A model generated the notes under the pieces. The model did not search any database and had not been told where the DNA came from. It saw only the letters and a list, made by a program, of their open reading frames with translations. The position numbers and the translations under genes were made by a program. This document shows, piece after piece, positions 46,941 through 57,410 of a DNA stretch of 64,000 nucleotides (its first letter is position 1; each line of letters begins with the position of its first letter). The stretch lies in the sequence record DRR723986_6241, one strand, 5' to 3'.

Positions 46941-48338
46941 ATGACTTCCTCGCTCACCCTCTTCGACAAGCTCTGGAACTTGCATCGTGTCGGCGATGCG
47001 GGCGATGGATATGACCTTATTGCGATTGACCGGCTGCTGCTTCACGAGCGCACGGGAGCTGTCGCGCTAAAAGGCCTTGCGGAAAAAGGCTTCAGCCTGC
47101 GCGACCCATCCAGGGTCTTCGCCATCATGGATCATATTGTGTCCTTCAAACCTGGCCGGGGGCGCGACGAGTCACGCACGCCAGGCGGCGAAGTGTTCAT
47201 TACCGATACACGCCGGCTGGCGAAAGAAGCAGGCATAAACCTGATCGACACCGACCATCCTGCGCAAGGCATCGTTCACGTCGTGGCGCCGGAAGAGGGA
47301 ATCGCCCTGCCGGGGCTGTCGCTGCTTTGTCCGGACAGCCATACGTGCAGTCTCGGCGCATTGGGCGCGCTCGCCTGGGGCATAGGGTCGAGTGAGGCTG
47401 AACATGTCATGGCAACAGGCGTGCTGCGCGCGAAAAAGCCAAAACAGATGCGCGTCGCGGTTAATGGCACACTGCCGGACGGCACCAGTGCGAAGGACAT
47501 CGCTCTCTATCTCATATCCCGCTTCGGCGCAGGCGGTGGCAAACGCCACGCCATCGAATTCTCTGGCACTGCGGTCAATCAATTGAGCCTCGAAGGCCGC
47601 CTGACGCTCTGTAATCTGGCTGTGGAATTTGCAGCCCATTCGGCGCTCGTCGCCCCGGACAGAAAGACCATCGACTATGTGCTGAGCCGCCCCAATGCGC
47701 CGGAGAACTCTGCCCGCCTCAGAGAGTACTGGTCGGATCTGCAGAGCGATGCCAATGCCGTATTTGACGAAACCATTGAACTGGAAGCGGACGACATACA
47801 GCCGCAAATCAGCTGGGGAACAAGCCCGGAAGAGACGGTCCCGGTCAACGGAAAGGTTCCTTCTGATGCCCGCGATGCAGCGCTTGTCTATATGGGACTG
47901 ACTGCTGGAGAAGCACTGGCAGGGCTTCCCATTGATGGCGCTTTCATTGGCTCCTGCACGAATGGACGCCTGTCAGACCTTGAAGCTGCTGCAAGCGTTC
48001 TAAAAGGGCGGAAAGTTGCCGCTTCGGTGAGAGCTGTTTGTGTCCCTGGCTCGAAGCCTGTCAAACTGGCGGCTGAAGCGAAGGGCATTGACACTATTTT
48101 CAAGCAAGCGGGATTTGAATGGGGGGAGCCCGGCTGCGCCATGTGCTTCTATGCAGGCGGCGAGACCTTCCCTCCGAAAAGCCGCGTCGTCTCCTCGACA
48201 AATCGCAACTTTGAAGGCCGACAGGGTCCCGGTGTCCGAACACACCTGACGAGCCCGGCGATTGTGGCGGCGAGCGCCGTGGCTGGCCGTATTTGTTCGG
48301 TCGAAGAGCTCGCCGATCTCGCGGAGGCGATCAATTGA
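46941..48338 (+). CDS. LeuC-like aconitase-family dehydratase, large subunit (divergent)
   Basis: DSHT, GSCTNGR, GCAMC and STNRNFEGRQG motifs. Confidence 0.88.
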   Translation: MTSSLTLFDKLWNLHRVGDAGDGYDLIAIDRLLLHERTGAVALKGLAEKGFSLRDPSRVFAIMDHIVSFKPGRGRDESRTPGGEVFITDTRRLAKEAGINLIDTDHPAQGIVHVVAPEEGIALPGLSLLCPDSHTCSLGALGALAWGIGSSEAEHVMATGVLRAKKPKQMRVAVNGTLPDGTSAKDIALYLISRFGAGGGKRHAIEFSGTAVNQLSLEGRLTLCNLAVEFAAHSALVAPDRKTIDYVLSRPNAPENSARLREYWSDLQSDANAVFDETIELEADDIQPQISWGTSPEETVPVNGKVPSDARDAALVYMGLTAGEALAGLPIDGAFIGSCTNGRLSDLEAAASVLKGRKVAASVRAVCVPGSKPVKLAAEAKGIDTIFKQAGFEWGEPGCAMCFYAGGETFPPKSRVVSSTNRNFEGRQGPGVRTHLTSPAIVAASAVAGRICSVEELADLAEAIN

Positions 48339-48958
48339 CGGAACCCTTGCGGCAGCACTCGGGCATCGCGGCCGTGCTCGACGTGGACAATGTCGACACC
48401 GACCAGATCATTCCTTCTCGTGAGATGAAGACCGTAAGCCGGAAGGGTCTTGCAGACGGCCTTTTTGCGGGATGGCGCTATACCAGTCCGGGAAGCCGTG
48501 TCGAGGCTTCTGATTTTGTGCTCAACCAGATCGCAAATCCCAAAGCAAGTCTTCTGGTATCCGGGACGAATTTTGGCTGCGGCTCGTCGCGGGAGCACGC
48601 AGCCTGGGGGCTTCGCGAGTATGGTATTCGAGTGATTGTCGCCAAAAGCTTCGGTGAGATCTTCTATGGAAACTGTCTGCGGAATGGCATCTTGCCCATC
48701 ACGCTGAACGCAGCAGACATCGACAAACTCGTCGACACAGGATCAAAGCTCGACATGACGGCAGACCTTGAAGTCTTGACGGTAACTTGCGCGCAAATAC
48801 CCGGCTGGATAGCTCGCTTCGAAATCGATGAGTATCCAAGACGCATGCTTCTGGAGGGTCTCGACCCGATCGGGCTGACACTTAAACAGGCTGATGAGAT
48901 CGAAGCATTTCTGACAAGCGACCGGGTCGCGCGGCCTTGGGTCTATTCTGCGAGCTAG
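48335..48958 (+). CDS. LeuD-like small subunit
   Basis: NVDTDQIIP and NFGCGSSREHA motifs. TTG start overlapping the leuC-like stop. Confidence 0.88.
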   Translation: MTEPLRQHSGIAAVLDVDNVDTDQIIPSREMKTVSRKGLADGLFAGWRYTSPGSRVEASDFVLNQIANPKASLLVSGTNFGCGSSREHAAWGLREYGIRVIVAKSFGEIFYGNCLRNGILPITLNAADIDKLVDTGSKLDMTADLEVLTVTCAQIPGWIARFEIDEYPRRMLLEGLDPIGLTLKQADEIEAFLTSDRVARPWVYSAS

Positions 48959-50160
48959 GCACCCGGCTCCGTCGAAGAATCCGTAATCAGACCTTGTCCA
49001 ACCAGATCGTCGATTTCGGCATCTTCTATGCCGAGGCCGCCAAGAACCTGCCTTGTATGCTCTCCGATGTGAGGCGGATTGAGGTTGAGCCCCGGCCTTG
49101 CGCCATCAATGGCGATCGGAAGGGCTGGAAGGGATATTTCGCCACCTTCTGGTATGACCATGTCGATCAGGCCCCCTTTGGCGCGCAGGTGGACATCATC
49201 GAATAGGTCTTCGGGCTTCTGAATTGGCGCAAAAGGAAGACCGAGACGCTCCAGCTTTTCCATCAGCTGCTCCTTGGTGAAGCCCGCGAACAGCTTTCGC
49301 AATTCCGGCATTATTTCGTCACGATTCCCAACGCGGTCATTATTTTCCGCAAGACTTTCGTCAGCGGCCCAGGCTTTCAGATCAAAAGCCTCGCAGAAGG
49401 CGCGCCACTGGGTGTCGGAGACCACGCCGACAAAGACTTTCTCGTCATTCTTGACATCGAACACGTCATAAACTGCCCACGCAGAGACACGCGCGGGCAT
49501 CGGCGCAGCCGGCGACCCCGTGACGGCATACTGCGCCATATGCTGGCCAACGAGGAAGGCTGTCGTCTCGAACAGCGACGCGGAGACATGGCACCCCTGC
49601 CCCGTCGTCTGTCGCGACTGAAGCGCTGCCAGAATTGCAATGGTTCCGAACATGCCGCCGGTTACATCAATGACACTCGCCCCAGCACGCAGCGGCCGGC
49701 CCGGCGGACCCGTCATATAGGCCAGCCCTCCCATCATCTGGGCGACCTCATCCAGAGCCGTCCGATGATCATAAGGGCCGGGCAAGAAGCCTTTTTCAGA
49801 ACAATAGATCAGTCGCTGATTGCGCTTTGAGAGCGCTTCAAAACCAAAGCCCAGCTTGTCCAACGCGCCTGGCCTGAAATTTTCGATGAACACATCTGCC
49901 TGATCCACAAGCTCCAGAACGAGATCCCTTCCACGCTCCGATTTCAGATCGATCGCGAGACTTTTCTTGTTGCGGTTGTACATCGGGAAATAACCCGCTC
50001 CAGACCCGCGCAAACGACGCGTCTTGTCTCCGGCAACCGGCTCGACCTTTATGACTTCCGCTCCAAGATCCGCGAGGGACAGACCTGCAGCAGGCCCCAT
50101 CACCATATGGGTGAATTCCACGACTTTGAGACCTTTGAGCAAATGTGTTGGATTTGACAT
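48955..50160 (-). CDS. CaiB/BaiF (family III) CoA-transferase
   Basis: LADLGAEVIKVE, NRNKKS and ENFRPG motifs. Confidence 0.92.
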   Translation of the reverse strand: MSNPTHLLKGLKVVEFTHMVMGPAAGLSLADLGAEVIKVEPVAGDKTRRLRGSGAGYFPMYNRNKKSLAIDLKSERGRDLVLELVDQADVFIENFRPGALDKLGFGFEALSKRNQRLIYCSEKGFLPGPYDHRTALDEVAQMMGGLAYMTGPPGRPLRAGASVIDVTGGMFGTIAILAALQSRQTTGQGCHVSASLFETTAFLVGQHMAQYAVTGSPAAPMPARVSAWAVYDVFDVKNDEKVFVGVVSDTQWRAFCEAFDLKAWAADESLAENNDRVGNRDEIMPELRKLFAGFTKEQLMEKLERLGLPFAPIQKPEDLFDDVHLRAKGGLIDMVIPEGGEISLPALPIAIDGARPGLNLNPPHIGEHTRQVLGGLGIEDAEIDDLVGQGLITDSSTEPGA

Positions 50161-50207
50161 GGTTTGACCGCCCTTATTCAGACCACCACCTTGGCAGGCC
50201 GCGACTT

Positions 50208-50223
50208 AAAAGATATATCTTTT
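50208..50223. promoter_or_regulatory. Perfect palindrome in a divergent promoter, candidate GntR operator
   Basis: AAAAGATATATCTTTT. A related TTGATATATCTTT lies at 46922-46934. Confidence 0.6.
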
Positions 50224-50263
50224 TCCCGGAAGGTCGATAAATGACCAGAGAAAAAGGCGCGAC

Positions 50264-51217
50264 ATGGCAACTGACTCGGTATTGATTAGCGAAGTAGGCC
50301 CCCGCGATGGGCTGCAGAACTGCAAGTCCATCATGCCAACCGCAGCCAAGACTGCGTGGATATCGGCATTGGCGAAGGCTGGCCTGAAAGAAATAGAAGT
50401 CGGCTCGTTCGTGTCTCCGAAACTCCTTCCGCAAATGGCTGACACAGCCGATATTGTAGAGCACGCGCGCACTATTGAAGGATTGGAAGTCGCCGTCCTT
50501 GTGCCCAATCTCAAAGGCGCCGAGCGCGCAATCGAGGCTGGCGCCAACAAGATCACCCTTCCAATGTCAGTCAGCGAAACGCACTCGGTGCGAAACATCA
50601 GGCGAACCCACGCGCAGGTGCTGGAGGAGGCAACCGCGATTGCAGAGCTGATCAGGTCGCAACCGGAACATCAGCGCCCACACTTCGAAGGCTCGCTATC
50701 GACAGCTTTCGGCTGCACCCTGGAAGGACCGATTGAAGATCGCGTCCTGATCAGCTGTGCGGCGGGCCTGGTGAAGGCCGGCTGCGATGAGATCGGCCTG
50801 TCCGATACGACCGGATATGGCGATCCTTCTTCAGTCCGCCGGTTGATCCGCCTCGTTCGCGAAACCGTGGGTGATGAATACGTCACTGGCGTTCACCTGC
50901 ACAATACGAGAGGTCTTGGCCTGGCAAATGCGCTCGCCGCATTCGAAGAAGGCATCACGACCTTCGACAGTTCACTCGGCGGCCTCGGCGGCTGTCCGAC
51001 AGCCCCGGGCGCAAGCGGAAACATAGTCACCGAAGATCTCGTCTTCATGTTCGAATCGATGGGCGTTTCGACTGGCGTTGATCTGGACGCCCTGCTCGCC
51101 TGCCGGGATCATCTGAAGCGGGCTTTGCCAGACGAAAGTCTCTACGGATTTACACCGGGTGCTGGTCTGCCACTCGGTTTCGTTCCGGCAACACCGCACG
51201 CTGTGGCCGCAGAATAG
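50264..51217 (+). CDS. HMG-CoA lyase-family protein
   Basis: EVGPRDGLQ, HLHNTRG and GLGGCP.APGASGNI.TED motifs. Confidence 0.9.
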   Translation: MATDSVLISEVGPRDGLQNCKSIMPTAAKTAWISALAKAGLKEIEVGSFVSPKLLPQMADTADIVEHARTIEGLEVAVLVPNLKGAERAIEAGANKITLPMSVSETHSVRNIRRTHAQVLEEATAIAELIRSQPEHQRPHFEGSLSTAFGCTLEGPIEDRVLISCAAGLVKAGCDEIGLSDTTGYGDPSSVRRLIRLVRETVGDEYVTGVHLHNTRGLGLANALAAFEEGITTFDSSLGGLGGCPTAPGASGNIVTEDLVFMFESMGVSTGVDLDALLACRDHLKRALPDESLYGFTPGAGLPLGFVPATPHAVAAE

Positions 51218-51242
51218 ACCCGGTTACTGAAGGGGGAGCGAC

Positions 51243-52694
51243 ATGTCTGGTCAAAGCGCTGCGCTTGCCACCCTGATTGTGTATGCTGTGGCGCTTATTG
51301 CCATAGGTGTCTGGACGTCCAGGCAGGCCAGGGACGAAACAGCTTTCCTGCTCGGCGACCGGAACCTCGGACCTATCGTCTCCGGCCTTGCCTATGCGGC
51401 ATCAAGCTCAAGCGCCTGGGTGCTGCTGGGCTTTTCCGGTTTCGTATATGTTGCTGGCCCCTCGGCGCTGTGGATGGTGCCCGGCATCCTCGCAGGCTAT
51501 GCAGCTGTCTGGTTGTGGGCGGGGCACGTCCTGCAGAGCAGCAGCCGCAAATCCGGTCACCTGACCCTCACCGATTTTCTATGCGAGCATGCCTCGCCGG
51601 AAACAGCACGGCTGGTGCGTATTTCCGCCAGCCTGATGATTGCCTTCTGTTTTTCCTATTATGTCGCCTCCCAGTTTCAGGGCGCGGGACTAGCCTTTGA
51701 CGGCCTGTTCGATACAGGGCTCACACTGGGCGTGCTTATCGGCGCGGCAATCATTCTGGCTTACACGTTCCTCGGCGGCTTCCTTGCCGTTTCGCTCGTC
51801 GATACCATCCAGGGACTGCTGATCGGCATTGTGGCTGTGATTTTGCCTGTCACGGCGTTTGTTGCGGCAGGCGGTGTGGAGGGACTTCAGGCGGCGATTG
51901 CCGACATGCCGTCTTCCTACTCCGACTGGGTGGGTGGGCGCCCAGGCTGGATTGCGCTCGGCTTCGTTACCGGACTGACGGCGACAGGGTTTGGGGCCCT
52001 CGGCCAACCCCATTTGACGGCATGGATCATGGCCGCAAGAGACCGCAAGGCCCGGTGGGCCGGCGCGGGCATCGCGATCGGCTGGGGGGCGGTGGTCTAT
52101 CTTGGCATGGCCATTCTGGGACTGTCGGCGCGCGCCATACTCGGCGCCGATGCCCCAGCGGAAGGCGTATTCTTTGCACTCGCCAGCGAGCTTTTGCCAG
52201 GCGCCTTTGCCGGCATTATTGCCGCAGCAACCCTGTCGGCCATCATGTCCACGGTCGATAGCCAGCTTCTCGTTGCCGGAGCAGCGGCGAGCCATGACCT
52301 CGGCGCGTCGAAATGGTTTGGTGGACGCGACGTCCTTGCCTCGCGGGTCGCGATTACTTGCGTCTGTCTAATCGCCGTTCTCATGACACTCATCTTTCCG
52401 GCCACCATATTTGACCGCACGCTCTTCGCCTGGACGGCGCTCGGAGCGAGTTTCGGACCGGTCGTCTCAGCCCGCGCGCTCGGACACAAGCCATCCGGTA
52501 TTGCGGTGCTCGCATCCATCCTGACCGGGTTCGGCCTGTCCCTCGCTTATGAATTCATCCTGCCGAGCGGACCAGGTGATGTCTGGGCCCGAACCGTGCC
52601 CTGGATTGGCGCTATTGTGATGCTGATTGCCAGCGCGAGTCTCCGACAGAAGACCAATCAGGATAAAGCGGTGGGCGCTCCCGGCGAGGTGTGA
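51243..52694 (+). CDS. Sodium:solute (proline-type) symporter
   Basis: ASSSSAWVLLG, GGFLAVS..D..QG, GQPH and AIMSTVDSQLL motifs. Confidence 0.88.
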   Translation: MSGQSAALATLIVYAVALIAIGVWTSRQARDETAFLLGDRNLGPIVSGLAYAASSSSAWVLLGFSGFVYVAGPSALWMVPGILAGYAAVWLWAGHVLQSSSRKSGHLTLTDFLCEHASPETARLVRISASLMIAFCFSYYVASQFQGAGLAFDGLFDTGLTLGVLIGAAIILAYTFLGGFLAVSLVDTIQGLLIGIVAVILPVTAFVAAGGVEGLQAAIADMPSSYSDWVGGRPGWIALGFVTGLTATGFGALGQPHLTAWIMAARDRKARWAGAGIAIGWGAVVYLGMAILGLSARAILGADAPAEGVFFALASELLPGAFAGIIAAATLSAIMSTVDSQLLVAGAAASHDLGASKWFGGRDVLASRVAITCVCLIAVLMTLIFPATIFDRTLFAWTALGASFGPVVSARALGHKPSGIAVLASILTGFGLSLAYEFILPSGPGDVWARTVPWIGAIVMLIASASLRQKTNQDKAVGAPGEV

Positions 52695-52743
52695 AAGGTC
52701 ACGTGACCAGAAGCACTCAAAACGCCGAAGGGAGCCACCTGTC

Positions 52744-53058
52744 ATGGCAACGAAAATCATCGTCCTGTTCAATCTGAAAGCAGGCGTCAGCATCGACGAC
52801 TATGAAGCCTGGGCAAAGTCCGTCGATCTTCCGACCGTCAACAATCTTGAATCAGTAAGCCAGTTCACGGTTCTGAAATCGACCGGATTGCTCGGGTCCG
52901 ATGAAACACCGCCATACCAGTACACCGAAATCATTGATGTCGCAGACATGGATCGCTTTGGCGAGGAAGTGTCCACGGACAAGATGAGCGCCGTCGCCGC
53001 CGCCTTTCAGCAATTTGCGGACGGGCCTGTGTTCATCCTCACTAACGAAATCAGCTAG
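52744..53058 (+). CDS. REDY-like/HapK-family small protein
   Basis: IIVLFNLK.G....YEAWAK..DLPTV...PYQY.EII. Confidence 0.75.
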   Translation: MATKIIVLFNLKAGVSIDDYEAWAKSVDLPTVNNLESVSQFTVLKSTGLLGSDETPPYQYTEIIDVADMDRFGEEVSTDKMSAVAAAFQQFADGPVFILTNEIS

Positions 53059-53067
53059 GAATTCCCA

Positions 53068-53904
53068 ATGACCAGATTTGCAGGAAGAACAGCTGTCATC
53101 ACCGGTTCCGGACGGCGCAAGGGGCTCGGTGAAGCCATCGCCATGCGCCTCGCCCAAGACGGTGCCAACATCGTAATTTCCGATATCGGACAAACTGTGG
53201 ATGCTGCCACGAGCGCAGAACACATCGGGTCTACCAAGGAGATGGAAGCCATCGCCGCGGACATCCGGGAGCTGGGCGTGAACGTGTCGACCCAGCCGTG
53301 CGACGTGCGCTCACTCGACAATATGAGAGCGCTCGCGACCCATGCCAAAGACACGCATGGTAGCCTCGACATCTGGGTGAACAATGCCGGCATCGGTTAC
53401 ATTGCTGCGCCCATTCTAGAGGTCACGGAGGAGCAATGGCGCGCCGTCATAGATGTAAATCTTTCCGGTGCCTTCTTCGGCACAAAGGCGGCGGCGGAGA
53501 TCATGGTTGCCCAGGGCCGCGGCGGCCGCATCATCAACATTGCAAGCCAGGCAGCGAAGTCGGGCTTTCCGCACATGCAGGCCTATACATCTTCGAAACA
53601 TGGCCTGGTGGGGCTTGTCCGTTCGGCCGCGACAGAACTCGGCCGCGAGGACATCACCGTCAACAATGTCTGCCCCAATCACGTCACGACGGGACTGGGT
53701 GCCTGGCAGAACGAATATTTCTACAAGGTTGCGGGCTTCGACAGCGTAGAAGCCTACATGGCCGCAATGGCCGCCCGGATCCCCATGGGCCGCCCGGGCC
53801 TTCCTGAAGACACGGCGAACGCTGTGGCATTCCTTTGCTCAGACGAAGCCAAATACATTACGGCGGAAAGCCTGAATGTATCGGGCGGCGAAGAACCCCA
53901 CTAA
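53068..53904 (+). CDS. SDR oxidoreductase
   Basis: TGSGRRKGLG, NNAG and YTSSK motifs. Confidence 0.9.
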   Translation: MTRFAGRTAVITGSGRRKGLGEAIAMRLAQDGANIVISDIGQTVDAATSAEHIGSTKEMEAIAADIRELGVNVSTQPCDVRSLDNMRALATHAKDTHGSLDIWVNNAGIGYIAAPILEVTEEQWRAVIDVNLSGAFFGTKAAAEIMVAQGRGGRIINIASQAAKSGFPHMQAYTSSKHGLVGLVRSAATELGREDITVNNVCPNHVTTGLGAWQNEYFYKVAGFDSVEAYMAAMAARIPMGRPGLPEDTANAVAFLCSDEAKYITAESLNVSGGEEPH

Positions 53905-53923
53905 TCGCGAGCCATTCCCAGTC

Positions 53924-55522
53924 TCAGTTCGCGGCCTTCGCATTAAGACCGAGACAACCTGGGTTGAGGATACCCTCATGATCGAGATGTTGCTTCAGCA
54001 CATTGAGGAGCGCGAGCGTGGCCTCGTCACGGGTTTCCGCATAGGGGTAAGCCCGGCCGATCTGGAAATGGGCTCCCCCCCGACTGGTGATGATGTCGAT
54101 CACTTTCTGGCGGAGCTCTTTTACGAGAGCAGTGGTCTCTGGATTGGGGGCGTGCGTCCCCATCTTGCGCATGACATCCTTGCCGACGGTCTGTTCGTGG
54201 AGTTCGAAAATCTCTTCCGGCCAGATGAAAACCGGCTCCACAATGTATCCTGTCGTTCCCAAAGACGTCGTCAGATATCCCGTCACGATATTATGTGCGT
54301 CGAGCTCGGCCCTTCTGGCGTTCAACATCTGATCAATTTCCGCCCAGGTCGCTTTCGCTTCTGAAATCGGCACGATGCCATGCACAGGCACCCACCTTTC
54401 GCCCTGCGGGCCGAGGACAGAGGTAAGTGGACCAAACGGGTTCGCGCGTATGATCTTTGGAATGGAATTTTCAATTTGCCGACCATTGAGCGATTTCGCG
54501 ATGTCGATGAGTACACGAAGGTCCTCGTCCGCGCCTTTCTGTGAGTGGCCTTCGACACAGACATGAAGGTTGAAATTGGCGTCCTCCATGAAACCGCGAC
54601 CTGCCAGCGCGACCTTGGCGCCTTCCTTGATCCCCTTAATCCAGCTGCCTTGCTTTCGGATCACATTAGTGAGCGCCGACGCATCGGCGAGAAAGCTGTT
54701 TCGAGCCATCCGCACTCTTGTTAGCACCGGATCGAAACTGAACATTTCACAGGCCCGGTTAGCCCGAACCATCTGGGCCATCGCCTCTGCGCAGCTGTCG
54801 CGGTCCGGAAACTCGAAACTTGCCGTCGCCAGCGCGTCCGGCATCGGGATGAGACGCATGGTAATCTCGGCTTTCAGTCCGAGCGCGCCGCCATCGCCGC
54901 AGAACAGGCCGGTCAAATCAGGCCCGTAATACCTCCAGAACGGTTTCGCGCCTCTGGTTCCACCAGACCCTGTCCGAAGGAGCGTACCATCTCCAAGGAC
55001 AACAGCGACACTCAGTACGCTTTCAGCCGTCGTCCCGTAGCGCCCCGCTCCAAGCAGCGCATTGTTCTGTGAAAGGCCCCCACCAACCGTCGCCAAAAGC
55101 CCCGAAAGCGGACCCCAGAACGGCGTTCGAACACCTTTCTTCTCGAGCGCCTCGTGGAGGGCTGACCAGGTCACACCAGCCTCGACGGTCACATACATGT
55201 CTTCTGTATTGATCTCCAGAATCCGGGTCATTCGCGAGAAGTCGATGATGGCCGTCTGGTCACGGTCCGGTGTGTAGGCGCTTGTATATGACATGCCAGC
55301 ACCGCGCGGGTTCAGGTTGATCCGATTGTCCGCCGCAAATCGGACCGCTTCCTGGAGTGCTTCCGTAGACTCAGGCGTGATGACGAAGTCGGCTGTTTCG
55401 CCCTTTGCCCAGATATCCTGGCTCATCAGCTCCCGTTTGGCATGATCGTCGCTGACGCTGTCCGGGCCAAGGCGTTGCTTAAGGCGCTCGAAGAGCTCGA
55501 TCGTGGTTCCATCAGCCGGCAT
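53924..55522 (-). CDS. FAD-binding oxidoreductase (GlcD/VAO-like)
   Basis: PRGAGMSY, VTVEAGVTW, ATVGG and C-terminal LNPG motifs. Confidence 0.85.
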   Translation of the reverse strand: MPADGTTIELFERLKQRLGPDSVSDDHAKRELMSQDIWAKGETADFVITPESTEALQEAVRFAADNRINLNPRGAGMSYTSAYTPDRDQTAIIDFSRMTRILEINTEDMYVTVEAGVTWSALHEALEKKGVRTPFWGPLSGLLATVGGGLSQNNALLGAGRYGTTAESVLSVAVVLGDGTLLRTGSGGTRGAKPFWRYYGPDLTGLFCGDGGALGLKAEITMRLIPMPDALATASFEFPDRDSCAEAMAQMVRANRACEMFSFDPVLTRVRMARNSFLADASALTNVIRKQGSWIKGIKEGAKVALAGRGFMEDANFNLHVCVEGHSQKGADEDLRVLIDIAKSLNGRQIENSIPKIIRANPFGPLTSVLGPQGERWVPVHGIVPISEAKATWAEIDQMLNARRAELDAHNIVTGYLTTSLGTTGYIVEPVFIWPEEIFELHEQTVGKDVMRKMGTHAPNPETTALVKELRQKVIDIITSRGGAHFQIGRAYPYAETRDEATLALLNVLKQHLDHEGILNPGCLGLNAKAAN

Positions 55523-55655
55523 AGCGCGCTCCCTTCAATCTTGTGGAACGGAAACATGCCGCTCCATCACGCTACAAAAGCCGTCCGGCCGATGGGCTAA
55601 AGGGGCAGTTTCCGAATTGGCCAGCTGGTGAGTAGCGAAAGCCGGAGCTTCGAGA

Positions 55656-56453
55656 TCAGGTCTTGCGGGTCCAGTCGGCTTTGCCGGACGTATCCCGTGT
55701 GAACTGCATATGATATTCGAAGCGGTCGGGACGATAGTGCGCCGTGATCACCTGGACCACACGGCCCTGCGCATCTTTCATGAGCCGGTGAATTTTCATG
55801 GCAGGTGATCCGGGCGCGACTCCAAGGTTCGCTGCCACGGCGCCTTCCGCCTGAACGGCAGAAATAATCTGCTCCGCCTCGACCGGTGCATGACCTGCCA
55901 TCTCCAGCAATGAGATGAGAGATTCGCTCGCCAACAATTCCGGATCGTAGCGCTCGGCAATGTCGTAGGGAACAAATGTGACGAGATACGACAGGGGTTC
56001 ATCATTGAGCGAGCGGACGCGAACGATGCGCTGCACGATATCATTTGGCGAAATCTTCAAGGCTTCCGCGATGGCGGGGCTTGCTTCGCCCATTGTACAA
56101 TCCAGAAGCTTCACCTTGGTCGTCACGCCCATTCGGGTCAGCCCGTCGATCATCGTCTCAAAGCTGCCGCGAACGATAGGCGCCTCGGCGTCGTAGATGA
56201 CCACCGTCCCGATTCCGCGGTGGCGTCGAACAAGCCCGGCCGTCGCAAGCTCATTCATGGCCCGCTTTACCGTGATGCGCGATATGCCGAGCATATCAAT
56301 GAGCTCGTTTTCCGCCGGCAGGCGATCATTAAGCTTGTATTGCCCGCTCAGAATATGTTCTCGAAGCAGCTCGTAGATTTGCTGATATAGCGGCACCTGG
56401 GACGTCTCGCTCAAGAGCCCCGGAGAGAGTTTCGGTTTAGTCGCGGTAACCAA
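55656..56453 (-). CDS. GntR (HutC/UTRA) regulator
   Basis: PLYQQI, LPAENEL...ISRITVKRA and UTRA domain. Confidence 0.9.
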   Translation of the reverse strand: MVTATKPKLSPGLLSETSQVPLYQQIYELLREHILSGQYKLNDRLPAENELIDMLGISRITVKRAMNELATAGLVRRHRGIGTVVIYDAEAPIVRGSFETMIDGLTRMGVTTKVKLLDCTMGEASPAIAEALKISPNDIVQRIVRVRSLNDEPLSYLVTFVPYDIAERYDPELLASESLISLLEMAGHAPVEAEQIISAVQAEGAVAANLGVAPGSPAMKIHRLMKDAQGRVVQVITAHYRPDRFEYHMQFTRDTSGKADWTRKT

Positions 56454-56492
56454 AGTGTCTTCCTCTTGAAACGAGCAGGACCGGGCAGAGCT

Positions 56493-57410
56493 TTAGAGTT
56501 CTTCTGTTCCGCCGTCAAAAAGAGCGACAGCGTCTCTCGCTGTCCTGATGCAAAGACCTTCAATAGCGTTCAGGCCATCCAGTATTTCACGGACCGCCGA
56601 CATCCTGAAGGGCTGGGCCGCAATGTAGGGCGTCAACGTGAATGCGAATGCCGATGCGCCTTCACTGTCATGAACATCGACGCTGTAACGCGCGGCTTCC
56701 AGGATCTGTTCTGTCCAGTCGGCTTCCGTCTGCGACCTGTCGAGGAGAAGCTTGAAGTCTCCAAGCTCATTATAATGTGGCACCGCTTTGATGGGACCGT
56801 TCCGTGTCTGGAATACGGTAGGTCTCTGGTCGGCCTCCCAATCCAGACAGATCTGAAATTCGGCCCTGGCGACGAGATCGAGGGTTCGAAATCCGTGATT
56901 GCGCGCTGGGCTCATCCAGCTCACTGCGTCCGGAAATGTTTCGCGTGTACGGCTGATCCAGGCCGCTTCATCTTCCTCGCTCAGGCCATCATGATGGATG
57001 TGGGCGGTTGAGATTCCGTGCGCGGCGATTTCGTGACCAGCGGCTTGCAGGGACTGGATCAACGAAGGATAGGCCTCGGCCACAGCTGCATTTACCGCGA
57101 ATGTAGCGGACACGCCCGCCGCGTCGAACGCCCGCAAAAGCCTGAACACACCCACGCGGTTGCCATAATCACGCACCGTATAATGGCGAAGGTCGGGATA
57201 TGGTGTTTTCATCGCGCCCGGATGAAGGAACGGCGCCTTTGGCGGATTGAGCGGAAAGAATTCGAGCGGAACAATTATTGTCGCAACGGCGCGAATACCG
57301 TTTCCGATATTGAGCCTCGCCCGGGAGGGAAGCGGGTCCCAGCCGTAATGCGGATTGTCCATCCCATACTTGCGCTGGCCATATTCGAGATAATCGTCAG
57401 GCAGGGGCAA
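56493..57410 (-). CDS. Polysaccharide deacetylase family (PuuE-like) protein
   Basis: RDYGNRVG..R and HEIAAHG motifs. TTG start inferred after GGAGG. Confidence 0.8.
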   Translation of the reverse strand: MPLPDDYLEYGQRKYGMDNPHYGWDPLPSRARLNIGNGIRAVATIIVPLEFFPLNPPKAPFLHPGAMKTPYPDLRHYTVRDYGNRVGVFRLLRAFDAAGVSATFAVNAAVAEAYPSLIQSLQAAGHEIAAHGISTAHIHHDGLSEEDEAAWISRTRETFPDAVSWMSPARNHGFRTLDLVARAEFQICLDWEADQRPTVFQTRNGPIKAVPHYNELGDFKLLLDRSQTEADWTEQILEAARYSVDVHDSEGASAFAFTLTPYIAAQPFRMSAVREILDGLNAIEGLCIRTARDAVALFDGGTEEL

